A stretch of DNA of 62,927 bases, counting the filler, from Reclinomonas americana ATCC 50394 (lineage: Eukaryota), in assembly GCA_048213135.1 (NCBI GenBank). It is 8 parts of 3 records of this genome, joined end to end, with 100 filler letters (N's around TTAATTAATTAA, not from the genome) between each part and the next. Parts side by side here need not be neighbours in the genome. Positions count along the whole stretch, not along the records: positions 1 to 16,728 come from PS015046.1; 7 more parts are not named here. The stretch is one strand, 5' to 3'. Of the stretch, positions 1-12,600 are shown piece after piece (positions within the stretch are counted from its first letter, which is position 1; every line of letters begins with the position of its first letter). The notes below the pieces were generated by a model that saw only the letters and a program-made list of their open reading frames with translations, was not told the DNA's origin and ran no database searches. The translations under genes and the position numbers were made by a program.

Positions 1-31
1 CTCCCCTCCCTCCCTCCCTTCTCCCACACTC

Positions 32-970
32 ACCCCTGCCCAATGCTGCCCTTATTCGTGTACTTGGTCTCGAAATTCGTATACTTCTTCTTGACCTCAT
101 CGACGAGCTCCGGATCGAGAAACTTGCACGCCTCCGACATGACTGCCGCAGCTGCAGAGGAGCCCGCAGACGACCCCGCTCGCGCAGACATAGGCCTTCT
201 CGCAGACGAAGCAGCGGAGGAGGGAATGAGTCGATCCAACGCACTGACAATGTCCTCGTCATGATGCCTGTGCGCGCAGACAAGAGAAAATTCCACAGTC
301 AGTGGTCGCAAGTCTCTCTCTCGCTTGTTTGTGTGACTGACATGTGCGTGTGGTGGACGAACGCGTGGCCGTGGAACATGCGTTGGTGGCGCTCGCTCTC
401 CCGTGCGTGCGTCTGAGAATTGATCGCGCTAAAAACTTCTCGACCCCGCCGCAGTTTGCGCCGGGGTTTTGCGTTTCCAGCGCACTGGAGCTGCGTTTGG
501 TGGTTAGTGGATTGTGTGCAGTGCAGCGGAGCTTGTGTGCGGGACGGCAATGTGTTACTATGAGTGGCTGCGACCGGTTCCGAATGTACACGTCGAGCTG
601 CGCGTGACCAGCGAATTCGAACGTGATATTGGAAAGGTGACCACGTCCAACGGTTGTCGCCGGCGCCAGTCGTGACGATAGCTTTCTGTGTTTGCTCTCC
701 GTGTTTCGAGCACGTCGGGAACTGCACGGAAGCAACAGTGGATGGTGCGGCAACAACTGCAACAAGTGAAGGCTCGAGAGCGCGCGAACACACGCACACA
801 ATTGCAAGGAACCTGCTGCAGCCTCAAGTTGATGTTTTGTATACGGTTGAACTTGGTCATCAAGACAGCTGTTGCTTGTTTGTTGGTGAATGAATTTGAT
901 GTTGTTGTTGTTGCCGTCTGAAGCCGCGGTCCTTGACCTGGTGCGTCATGTTGCCCGAGCTGCTCATGAA
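32..970 (-). CDS. 5' part of a probable Ser/Thr protein kinase (MAPK-like start); runs off the window
   Basis: The last visible exon ends KKKYTNFETKYTNKGSIGQG followed by a GTGAGT donor, resembling the start of a kinase Gly-rich loop (compare ERK RYTNLSYIGEG). Upstream exons and the start codon are unresolved. Confidence 0.35.
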
Positions 971-1366
971 CGCAGCGCTTGCTGGGAAAGACTGCTACAC
1001 AGACAGAAAGAGAGAACACTTGAGAGGAATGAATGCACAACTGGTGTAACAACGGACGAGCACAGTACCATGGAAGCCTGTGCCCCTCTCGGAAGGCACA
1101 TACAGAGGAATGAAACAGCGAGCAAGAAGACTGTGCGAAGTAACTGGCTGTGATTGTAGGCAGTCGTGCGATGGGAAGACCGGGAGCAATAGAAGGATTG
1201 CCCACTGCCTTCTAACACCCTCGAACCTACCACCGACGATGCACACGAGAAGCGACGACCATTCCACATCGTAGTACTATCCACTACTCCATCCGAAGTC
1301 GATTCTGTGCATTATTATTGAACTCTACCCTCCGATTTCGCCTCCACCCCTCCCCCGCCCTCGACC

Positions 1367-4300
1367 TCAGTCGTCATCCTGCGCCGCTGCTGCGTTGCCA
1401 CGCCGCCGTCGCAATGTCAGCAACGACTGCGCTCCCTGCTCCTGCGTGTTGACGGTCTTGACGGTGCGCCGCTCCAGCGAAATGCTGCGACCTTGCGGGA
1501 TGAACGACAAGTCGCCTTGCTCGAGCGCTGATCATGTCACGGATGAGTGCAAGGAAGTGGATGCGGAGTGCACACACTCGATCAACGCACAGCGCAGCAC
1601 ATAGTACTCCATGCCGTCCATCTCTGTCTTCGGCTTCACCGTGACGCAGGTCAAAAAGTTGACGTACGAGTGCACCTGTTACAGGCGGCGATGGTTAGCA
1701 AAACAAGTGACACTTTCTGCTGCCTTTTCTCTTCTCGCTTCAACCCATTCCCTCGTCTCTCTGTCTCCCCAACATCCCGCGCTCGCTGCTCGAAGAATTC
1801 CCCACTCTCTCAATCTCGTGCGTACTATCGCCCTTCCACACACAGACATCACCCTTCTTCATAAAGCGCCTTCCTTCTGCCTCTCTCTTTTCAGCCTTCT
1901 CCTAGTTTGTTGTCTCCCTTCCCAGTTCAGCCCTTCCTGTCTCCCACCATTCGAATTCTTCTCACCCACCATTCCAATTCCACCCTTCCTTGATAAAGCG
2001 CTTTCCCCCTGCCCTTCTCCTCTCTGTCTCTTTTCAGGCTTCCCCTCGTCGCTCCTGCTCTTGTCTCTCTTCCCAGTTCAACCCTTTCTGTCTCCCACCA
2101 TTCCTCTCACCCACCATTCCAATTTCACCCTTCCTTGATGGAGCGCCTCCCTTCTGCCCTTCTCCTCTCTGTCTATCTCCCTCTAAAGCTGACGCCATTC
2201 TCTCATTCCAGCCTTCCCCTACTCGATTCTGCTCTTGTCTCTCTTACCTCTCACTCCATTCTCTCATTCCAGCCTTCCCCTCGTCGATCCTGCTCTTGTC
2301 TCTCTTCCCAGTTCAACCCTTTTTCTCACCCACCATTCAAATTTCACCCTTCCTTGATAAAGCGCCTTCCTTCTGCCCTTCTCCTCTCTCTCTCATCTCA
2401 ATTCCTTCTCCTCTTCTCTCCTCTCTCACACCCTTTATCCCCTATCCCCTTTCCCTTTCCGCCCCCTTTCGCTCACCCTATGCTCATTCGTCACATGCTC
2501 CGTGAACCCTGCCCCCTTTCGATCGAGCACCGCGCGATCCAAATTGCAGATGAAGCCTGCCACCATCACGATGAGCACACACAACCCACATTCTCTCTCG
2601 CAGACAACGCCGCAACATTTGCCCAGCTTGTCACGCAGCACCTCGTCACGCGCAGCACGCAGCTGGCCGAATGTGTCGAGAATTTGACCAAAGATCAAGC
2701 TGCCCGCCACAAATTCAGCAGCGAGAAACAGAACGACACGCAGGCACTACTGTGAGTGAGAACGCACTTGAGCAGCAGCACCACCAGCACAATGAAGAAC
2801 AGCAGCTGGAAGATAATGTAGCCTGTGTGGTGTGCAGATTCAACAAATAGAGCGACACTCAGACAGGATCAAAGCGCGCAGCACACACCGGCGTTGAGAT
2901 TGAGATTCAAAAAGCCCTCAAAGTCGGCTCCACGTCGCAACCTGCGTCAATGGCAACGGACAGTGAGTGGCCTCAACCGCGTGGACAAGGAGATGCACAC
3001 TAGCGAACCCGAGATTGAGCAGCGTGATGGTGCAGTCGAACAGCGTGCTGCACAACTTGCGGTCCATGTCCACCGTCGGGATGAAAATGTCATTGAAGAA
3101 CACTACATGCGCGGAGACATGAGTGAGCAACTGTCGCACAAAGTTGAGAGCGGCGAGTGCGCGACACTCACCAAAGGCAAAAATGCCAAACACATATAAC
3201 AAAATGAACGCCAGAATTCCCTGCGCAGCCAGCACGAATGAGTCGTCATGCAGTACCTCTCACATCACTCGCTGCGCTGCACGCAACAGTCATCAAAAGC
3301 GAGTACTTGTTCAGCGTGATACTCCGGATGACTTGATACAGCACCGGCGTCATGCTGATCAGTTCCTGTGTTCACTTTTCAAGTCAGCAAATGCGTCGCA
3401 GCTGGCAATCACGACAATACGCAACAAACAGCAATGGCGAGTAGAACAGCGGCGACACGCCCAGTCCGAGGCCAACAAACACCAAATAAACAATCTGCGT
3501 GAAGATTAGGAACTCTCCAGGGGATGCTTTCGCGCAAGAGTACACGACGATCACGCAACTCTGTACAACGTCTGTGGATCGGTTCCGTAGAGGTAGAATA
3601 CGCGCATGAAAAACTTCGTGTCGTGGTCAACATCCTCAAGCGTGTTCTGCAAGACATCAACGGATCCTCAGTTACAATCATATTCAACTCTTCTCCTCCT
3701 CATGTCTTGCATCCCTTCTTCTTGGGTTCTTGCCGCCATCAACCACCTCTTTTCCCGACCCCCTTCCCATTCCCTTCGCACAGTCCCTTTCTCTTCCATT
3801 CTCGTTTCCCATATTCTCCCTTGTCTGCTTTCCCCCATTCCTTTATGTTTCCATTTCCTATACCCTCCGACTTTCTAGTCCTCGCCCTTTCCCTATCCCC
3901 TTTCCACTTTGCGCTCTCCCCCTTCTCCTCCTCTCCCTTCTCTTCTCTTTTGCCCTCTTCTTCCCCTCATCCATTCCGTCCACGCCCTTGCCCTATTCCC
4001 TCCTCCTTTTCTTCCTCCCCCTTTCCCCTTTCCCCTTTCCCCTTTCCCCTTTCCGTCCTCACTCTTCGTCCTCTCTCCATCTTCCTCTTAATCCTTTCCG
4101 CTTTCCCCTTTCCTCCCTTCTCCCCCACACCACAATGAAAAAAACTATAGTTGACCCACAAGTCGTCGTGACAAATCGGAAAAGGACACAAATAGCCTTT
4201 CCGGCAATTCTGTTTTCCAGTTGAGAGAGGCACATGGCAAGCGCCTTCATCGAACTTCCAAATTGACCCCGGCGCTGCCGCACTCCTCTCTTTTTGCCAG

Positions 4301-6480
4301 ATGGCGCGCTCTCCCTCTCCATTTCGCCCTCTTCGTTCCGCTCCTCCTTTCTTCCTCTCCTTTTCCCTTTCTGTCCTCACTCTTCGCCCTCTCCATCTTC
4401 CTCTTCGTCCTTTCCCCTTTTTCTCCTTTCCGTCCACGCCTTTTCCCCTTTCCCTTCTCCCCCTCTCCCTACTCTCTTCTCCCCTTTCCCCCTTTCCCCC
4501 TTTCCCCCTTTCCCTCTCCCTTCCCCTTTTATCACTCACCGGCCCCAACGGCGGCGTCCACCTCGACAACTGCAGCAGACAACCCTCGTACACCAAATAC
4601 ACCAGCAGCATCAACACGCCACCGAGCATCAGCACCGCCCCCAGCACCGTGACCAGCACGTCGATACCCGCCGCTCGGTAGTCGATGATACTGCACGATG
4701 TGGCAGGAAGTGAGCCTCCTCCACATCCAACAATTTGCGCCCAACCTCCACCAAGCACGCAACTCTGGCGTGCTGTCGTCATTGTACTGATTCACTTGAT
4801 AGCCGAAGAGGACCAGCAGGTTGATCAACACGCACAGGCCGTAGCAGACACGGTTCAGCACGACTCGACGAGCCACCAGCACCTTGAGGAACGGGCGTCT
4901 TTCGATGCGCCGCTGCGCAAACGCATGGAATGCATAAGCGACAGGAGAAGCAGGCGACACAGAAAACGGCCACTCGACGACGCAACTCGATGCCGCATCT
5001 CTCGCACAAACGGTGAAATCTCATTAATCAGGCCCTCCACCTTGGCAGTTGAGGTGTCGCGGTCGACCGTGTCCTCCCAGCGCTGGAAGGTGCGATTGGA
5101 CAGGTGCTTGCAGATTGACGGCACCTCAAAGTACACCTGCAAATGACCATCAGCAACTCCAGCCGAGATGAGAGGTGGAAATACTGTGTCGCACCCTCGA
5201 CAGCTCGCCGTCTCGGATGATTTCCACAGACTCCACCGCTTGCTTGAACAGCACCAGTTGCAGAGCGCGCTCGTTGAACTTGCCACTGCCGGCCACGGTG
5301 CACTGCGGATTGATATTATTTGAGCTTCAAATACTCTCCCCATCCCCTCCCGCAACCCATGTTGTGGCCATTCGCTCACCTCTGCACCCTGCACCAGGCT
5401 CGGCACAAAGTCCTTCAACTTCACCAGCAACATAAATGTGTACACGCCAATCCGATGCAGTTCCTGTGCATGCTGACGCAGCGCATCGCGCTCCATCACC
5501 GCCATCTCCATCTTGTCGCGCTTCGACGGCTTGGTGTCAAGCAACTCGTGAATGCGACATCCAGTGTGCAACTGCATCACTCGCGTTCAGGTCGTCACTT
5601 GAACAACAACACGCTTCGGAGACACACATACGCACCAATGCCACCAGATCAATCGACTGTGCAAGACGCACAGCGTGACCCTCATTGTCGCCCTCAAGCA
5701 ATGCCATCAAAAATTTGAGGGATTCCACCTGAGGACAGAGAGCATAAGCAATGTATGACTCCAACCTGAACACGCATGGAATTTGATGTCCAACCTGCAC
5801 AAGCGCGAGCTCCGGGTGTTCCCAATCGGCCACATCGCACAGCACACGGTCGATGATGTACGGCAGCTCGGAATTCAGTGCGCCATCCTGCACACAAGGT
5901 GAGAACAGCAAGAAGGACAACCAAAAGCACATGACACTACCTGATTGGCTGCACATGGTCCTGCATGTGGAAGCAAGAGTAAAAGTGAGTCCCGATAAAT
6001 GCAGATGTCAACCCAATCGCCACACTGACAAACCCTGGACACATTCGGTGGCGGTGGCCAGTGCCTGCACAAAGAGAGGGTACGCATCGACACCGCGGAA
6101 AGGCTCAATTGACGCCAAAAATTGGCCGAGCATCTCCATCATGTACGTCTGCGTGGCTCTCGTCAGAACTCGTCTCATCAGAGCCACAGACAGCACCCCA
6201 GCGCAACATTGACTTGCCACTCGCCCTGATGCGAGTAGAACCTCTGCATGTCGGTGTAATGACCCTCCACGAGCAACTGCAAGAATCGCAAAATCTGCAG
6301 CGCAAATGACCTGTGCTTGCGCTCCCACGACGCCAGATCCAGGCGATCACTGCGCGCCCGTGCGTGTCAGGCACTTGAGGATATTCATAGACAAGCACTC
6401 CATCTCCCTGTCTCTGTCACACTTTTATCCTTGCTGTCTCACTGGCTCGGCCTCTGTCTCTCTCTCTCTCTCTCTCTGTC

Positions 6481-6514
<34 letters not shown>

Positions 6515-6551
6515 GTGTCTGTGTGTCTGTCTGTGTGTCTGTCTGTCTCTC

Positions 6552-6586
<35 letters not shown>

Positions 6587-6640
6587 TTCGTTCCTTCTTC
6601 TACATGTGCGTCTCTCTCCCTCTCTGTGTGTGTGTGTGTG

Positions 6641-6679
<39 letters not shown>

Positions 6680-9600
6680 TTCGTTCTTTCTTCTACATGT
6701 GCGTCTCTCTCCCTCTCTGTGTGTCTGTCTGTCTGTCTATTTGACTGCCTGTCTGTCTGTCTGCATGTCTCTCTCCCTCTCTGTGTGTCTGTCTGCCACT
6801 ATCGCTCTGCCTTCTATACCGTCTCTCTGACTCGGCCTGTCTCCTTGTCTCCGCTCTCTCCTTACCTCTATCACTTTCGCTTCCTTTTCTTTCTCTCTTC
6901 CTCCCTCTCCCTCTCTCCGACTCCCTCTCCCTCCCTCTTTCTCTCTCCCTCTCTCCCTCTCTCCCTCTCTCCCTCTCTCTCTCTTCCCTTCTATCTCTCA
7001 ATCGTCACCTTTCTTCCTCATCAACATCGTCCAGCAACAGCGCCTGATACAATTCAAGCTGCCGCCGCTCCGCAAACTGTTGCGCCGTTTTGTCGAGACC
7101 ATGTCGCAGATTCACAAACAGTAACTCGTACGTGTTGGTAGCAGCACAAATGCGGAAGAAGCGCTCCTGTGCGTCAGCAACGTGAGTGCCTTTCTCCTAG
7201 CTTCCAACAAATAATTAGAAAAGCACTCTGACCTGGCATGGCCGATAGCCGTCGCCCAGCAGTGCAATGGCGAAATCGAGCACCGCCACCAATACATCAT
7301 CCACCAGCGTCGACGTCAGCATACGCAGCACCATCTCCACTGCGCCCTCTGCGAGCAGTGCTCCTCGTTGCTCGTCACCGGATTCTGCTAGACGCTTGAG
7401 CAGTTCAAGCGCCGTTACCATGTGCGCCGCCTGGTTGGCCTGCGCACTGCGTCGAGACAGGAGGTTGAGAAAATATGAGAGGCAGGGAGACCAAGGAGCA
7501 TCTTATTCCCAACCTGATTACACCAAGCAATGCATTCAAGGCTCTCCGATTAGCAAACACCTGCTGCAGTCGCGCATAATCCGTCACGCATTGCTCTTCA
7601 CGGCCCTCCACACTGCGAATGCAAAAACGTGAGAGAGCATGAATCACGGAGCATGCAACCAGCGCTTCACGCAACATCGTGTCCAAGAAGTAGTGCCATC
7701 GTTCACGCATCAGCTCCTCCGACGACTGCGGCTTGTGACCGATCTCGGAGAAGTCGAGGGACGTGCTGCTCGCCACTCTCGCAAACGCCGCGTCGTCGAC
7801 ATCAATGTCCTGCAGAAGCTTGACCTCAGCAATCACGCACAGTGAAGAAATGAACCTCGATGGGTGACGTACCCCTGAGGCGCCGTCCAGCGACAGTGTC
7901 GACCAGCCACGCGTAGCCAAGTGCCGCAAGGCTCGCCGTACGCAGCTAATCTCGCTGCTCTTTCTCGCCAACCTCTTCAGTCGCAGCAGATGCGTCGCCA
8001 GCATGTCCACAATCACCACTTGGTGACTGTTCAGTCACGGATGAGAAAAATCATCGATGCATTCCCTCATATTCTCCCCGCACGCAACGGCAATGGTCGA
8101 CCAGACACGCGCGGCTTCTCAAAGAAATGCTCCAGCAGCGGCACCACTCGACCAAACACATACGACCGCAGTTCGGTATCGGTACCGAACACGTCACTCG
8201 TGTCTGTCGAATCGTCACTGCTGCCCTCCGCAGAACCGATGTAGTCTGGACTGGGAGGTCGCGCCAGCAAGTGCTCGCTGCGAGGGTGGGCCGCGTACAT
8301 CAGCCCTGGGCCAAACCAAATTCCTCCACTTCCTCTCTTCTGCGCAGAATACACGAAACTTTTCAAGGGTGCCAGGAGGCGAAGCACTTCCGTGCACTGA
8401 AAACCGTGTCGGCGAGCGTGGTGGTGCTCGAGTAGCAACCGTACGGGCTCGCGCTCGACGCTCCTCAAACCTGGTCAGATGCGAGCCAAGCACCTCCAGC
8501 AGCCGGCACATTGGCGCCGAGAAGTTGGCGTTGGGGACTTGGAACTCAGTGCGCACGTACACCTACCAGCGCGAGTTGAACGCTTGCAAGAAAACAAAGA
8601 TAACACGGTGCACCAGCGCGTACCTCATCGATGAATTCGAGCAATGCGCTACGAATGAACAACAGCGTGCCGTCCTCCAAAAACATGTCCACGGCCTCCT
8701 CTGCAAGCAGGCAGCTATGTGAGCAATCAAATTCTGGCAATGAGGTGCTCCTCATTTCACCGCACCAAACGGAAGCATTTGTTGGCACAGTCCCTCCGTC
8801 TGTCCACGAACAGTCAGAACATGTCACGAGATGCATGCATGCAACTTGAGATCTTGAGACGCACCGCATACGTGACGCCAGTGCCGCATCCGGCAATGAG
8901 ACGCAGCAACTCCACGTGATATTCCAGAATGCCCTCGTCTTTCGGGTCTGGTGGTGGCTCACCGCGTCGCACGGCCTCCATAAGTCGCCGCCTGCTCACA
9001 CGACATAATAAGACACAGCTGCGCGCGTGCATCAGTGCAAGGTACTGATCGTACCGCCGTTCGCGCTCCGCCGGCGTGCGGAACAGAATCAAGTGATCGC
9101 TGACCGAGCGCAGGCGCTGAACAATCGTCAGCTGGTTCTCGTACACAGGGACACCACTGGCAGCGACCAGCATGCGAAGCAGCCGGATCATGTCAGATGC
9201 TCCGTGACCGTGCACATGCGCCATGGCGGCAGTACAATCATTCAGCAGCGATTGTGGTACGACCTCAGTGATGAGGCGATAATTGTCCTTGAACGCTGTC
9301 GTGGCGAACTCCTCAAAGCCCACTTGCAGGCTGTCAGTCAGACACTCACAAGGTGAGTACAATGTCGAGGAGACCGAGCGGCACCTAAGCAATAGGAGAC
9401 ATACCTTCGATGCTGGTAGAACATGTTGAAGAATGGTGCAAACAGGGCCAGCTGAGCCTCCACATTGTCGGCCACATACTGTAGAATCAATCGAAAAAAT
9501 CAGCGGAATCGTCGCCTGCTGATGGCAAATGCAATCTAACAAGTACAAACCCTGCCGAGGAAGCGATAGATGGTGACCAGAAGCTTGTGCTTGGCATTGC

Positions 9601-12600
9601 CCTGCTCGATCAGCGGCAAGAATTCTTGACCGCTGAGCAGGGAGTGAGCGAGAGAACAGCGAAAATACAAAGCAGGATACTGAGCGACGAGACCTCAAGG
9701 GGCGCACAAAGCGCAAAATGACCAGCAGTTGCGCGCCACGCATGCGAATCGCAGCCTGTGCACAGCGCAGCTCTTCACCATGTAGTGCCTCCATTTCTGC
9801 AATGCCAAGCATGAGGTTAGTGAACCGTCCCACAACCGCTCTGCCCTTCGCACGCACCATTCGACAGCCTGTCAATCACATCCGCCATCTGCGTCATCAC
9901 ATCGTCGTGATCCAGCCATGTGGGATTGTCGCTGGCGAGAATATGCAGCTGGTCCACCAGCATGTTGATGGTCGACGTCGTTTGCAGGACAGATGGAGAC
10001 ACGAAAATGTGCAGCTGCTGCCGACAGTGCGCGAGTGTGGCCATGAGCACGCTACGACAGACAGACACGTGAGTGTGCGCAAACACGACAAGGTGAGTGG
10101 TGATGTGCTACGCACGAGTGGTACTTGTGCAGCATGACCCACGCCTCCAGATTCAGTTCGGGCATGGGATACTGGAGCAGATCGACGAGCACCTCGGCGG
10201 CATCGTCCGGATGCGCACTCAATCCGGACATCTGGCGTATTACGACGACAGTAAGCAACACACGAGAGATGACATGACACCATCACAAGCAGTAAGCATC
10301 AACGAAACGCGCAAAAAGGCCTCCAGATCATTCACAGTGGCATTGGTCTTAAAGTACTCAAGCAGCATCTGCTGTCGGCGGTCGACTTCCACATCCAACA
10401 CTGCCGACAGGATTCGCAGACTCAACAGCTTGCTCTCCATGATAACGTTGTTGTTCTCGTTGGAGCTGAAGCGCAGCGACAGATTGCCGACAGTGCCTGC
10501 ACCATGCCAGAAGAGATCACCAGGTCAGAGAGAGTGAGCAGGCACAGAGAGAAGCACAAACCTCCGTAGCGATCAGTGCGTCCATCAGCAATGTCCCACA
10601 GAATGCTGACCAGCGGCGCCAGCTCCGACTGGGACAAGAAGCCTTGCACAATCAACGACTGCAGCAGGGAGAGTATCTGTGGAACGAGGGAGGAGAAGCG
10701 CTACCGTGTAAGCAAACTTGTGTCGACAATGGCAAGGTTAAGATGAACACAAACATCCCGACCTGCACCAGATATGAGTTTTCATCAAACTGCTCCCAGT
10801 CGGCCTCAGTGCGCGCCGTCTAGAGAGACAATGAGCACGCAGAGAATATGAAAGCAGGCAGCAATGCACGGCTCACCAGCACCGCGCGAATGTTCTGCAA
10901 CACGGTGGGAAAGCTGACCATGAACGGATGCTGATTCATGCCATGGCGTGCGTGCGTGCTCTCGCGCTCCGCGAACGACAACGTCGACAAGTCTCGGTCC
11001 ACGCGACTTGACACGTCTTGCCAAATCTGCACATCGTCAATGTGAGCGTGCGTGTGAACGAACAACGAGCGGACGACACGAAACTCGGACGATGCGAATC
11101 AGTGGCGACGGGTGAAATGGCGGCTGGTTGACAAACACTGCACTCAGGAAATCACAGGCAGCTGCACGCACGGAGGCCGGCAGATTCGCGTCAAACGTGC
11201 TGCGTGCAATACACAAAGGTGAGTAAAGTATCGCCCTCCGTGCTCTCAAAAGCAAGTAGTCGGTTCAAACCAATGCAGCGCCACTTGGATCGGCACGAAA
11301 TGCCTCAATGTGACTGGTGCATGTGCATTGCGACCCTGACTCAGCGTGTTAGACTCCCATGATAACAGAGCGGTACACACAGCAAACACCGCCTACCTTT
11401 GCCAGTACTGCCATCACGGATATTTGCTTCGTCAAGTACTGCACATGCTGAGCCGGGGCCGTTTGTGCCCACTCGTGCAGTGGCACATCCACCAACAACT
11501 GCTGCCTGTCATCGACCTCCGTCAGGTGCACAACGCCGTCCGTGTGCATCTGCTCTGTCTCGTTAGTGGCAGGTGAAGGATTGGAGACAGAGGCTCATGC
11601 GCACGCGCTCACCTTCAGCTTGTAGAACACGTGTTGCAGACGTTGCACCTGTCGCAGCAGCATCATTTGCTTGTCGGGCAGAATTTGACCATCGAACTCG
11701 CACGCCACACGCATCGCCTCAAAGCCGCTGTGCAGTCACAAAATCAACAGCGTGAAAGATAGGGAGAGGGAGGGAGAGAGGGGGACTCACCGAGGATTTC
11801 GACTGCCGCGATTGACAAACAACTCCAGTCGATCGGTATGTCCCCNNNNNNNNNNNNNNNNNNNNACACCCGTAGTGTGAGAAGGCGCCGGTTGTTGCGC
11901 ACCCTGCGACAAACACTCAGAGACAACGGAAGGCCAACAAGGGACGATGACATCGCGACGCACACTTCGGTGGCAAACGATACGGCGTTCTCGAATATGC
12001 CAAAGTGATGCGACACAGAGTCGCCGTTGCTGTCGTGTATGTAGTCCTGATTCAACGGGTAACCGAGCACCGACAATCGTAGAAGTCGCCACACCAATTC
12101 GTAAAGCGACGTCATGTGCGCATTCTCCGGTTGAAGAACCTCGCGTCCAGCATACAGCTGCAAGGAGAGCGATCAGAACCCCCATGGAAAAACGGAGTAG
12201 TCTCCATATTTGCACGGCAACTCACCCGCGGGAATATCTTGACAATCTCGGTGATCACATAAAGCACCTGCGATTGTCGCAGCAGCTCCTGATACGAGCG
12301 GACGGGGGTGCCTTCGCGTGTCAACGGGTCCGGATTGCTCGACTTGACACATGACACAATCATGCGTTCGATCGACCTGCGCGCGGTAACAAGCAGCGGC
12401 GAACTGGCCGGCACACGCCCGCGCGAGAGTTCCACCAGCAGAGTGGCCACATCCTTGGATGGTGGGAAGGGAATGAGCTCAGACGGGAGCCGACTAAGGC
12501 GATGAATGTGTCTCACCGGCAGCGACACGAGCACCGCAAAGGCCTGCTTCACCAGCTCGTCCGAGGCTTGGTGGATCATCCACAGTGCAGTGGCGAAGGT

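Noticed and set aside
5351-5356. GTTGCG at 5356 and 2941 (-) as further shifted donors
   Set aside because: Frame analysis puts the real donor at GTGAGC (~5380), and 2941 is an exon start. Both were excluded from the count.
1611-7141. Long L/S/P/F- or R/E/G-rich ORFs in the ORF track (also 17727-18857 and 25143-26661)
   Set aside because: Stop-poor translations of CT/GA microsatellite tracts or of N gaps.
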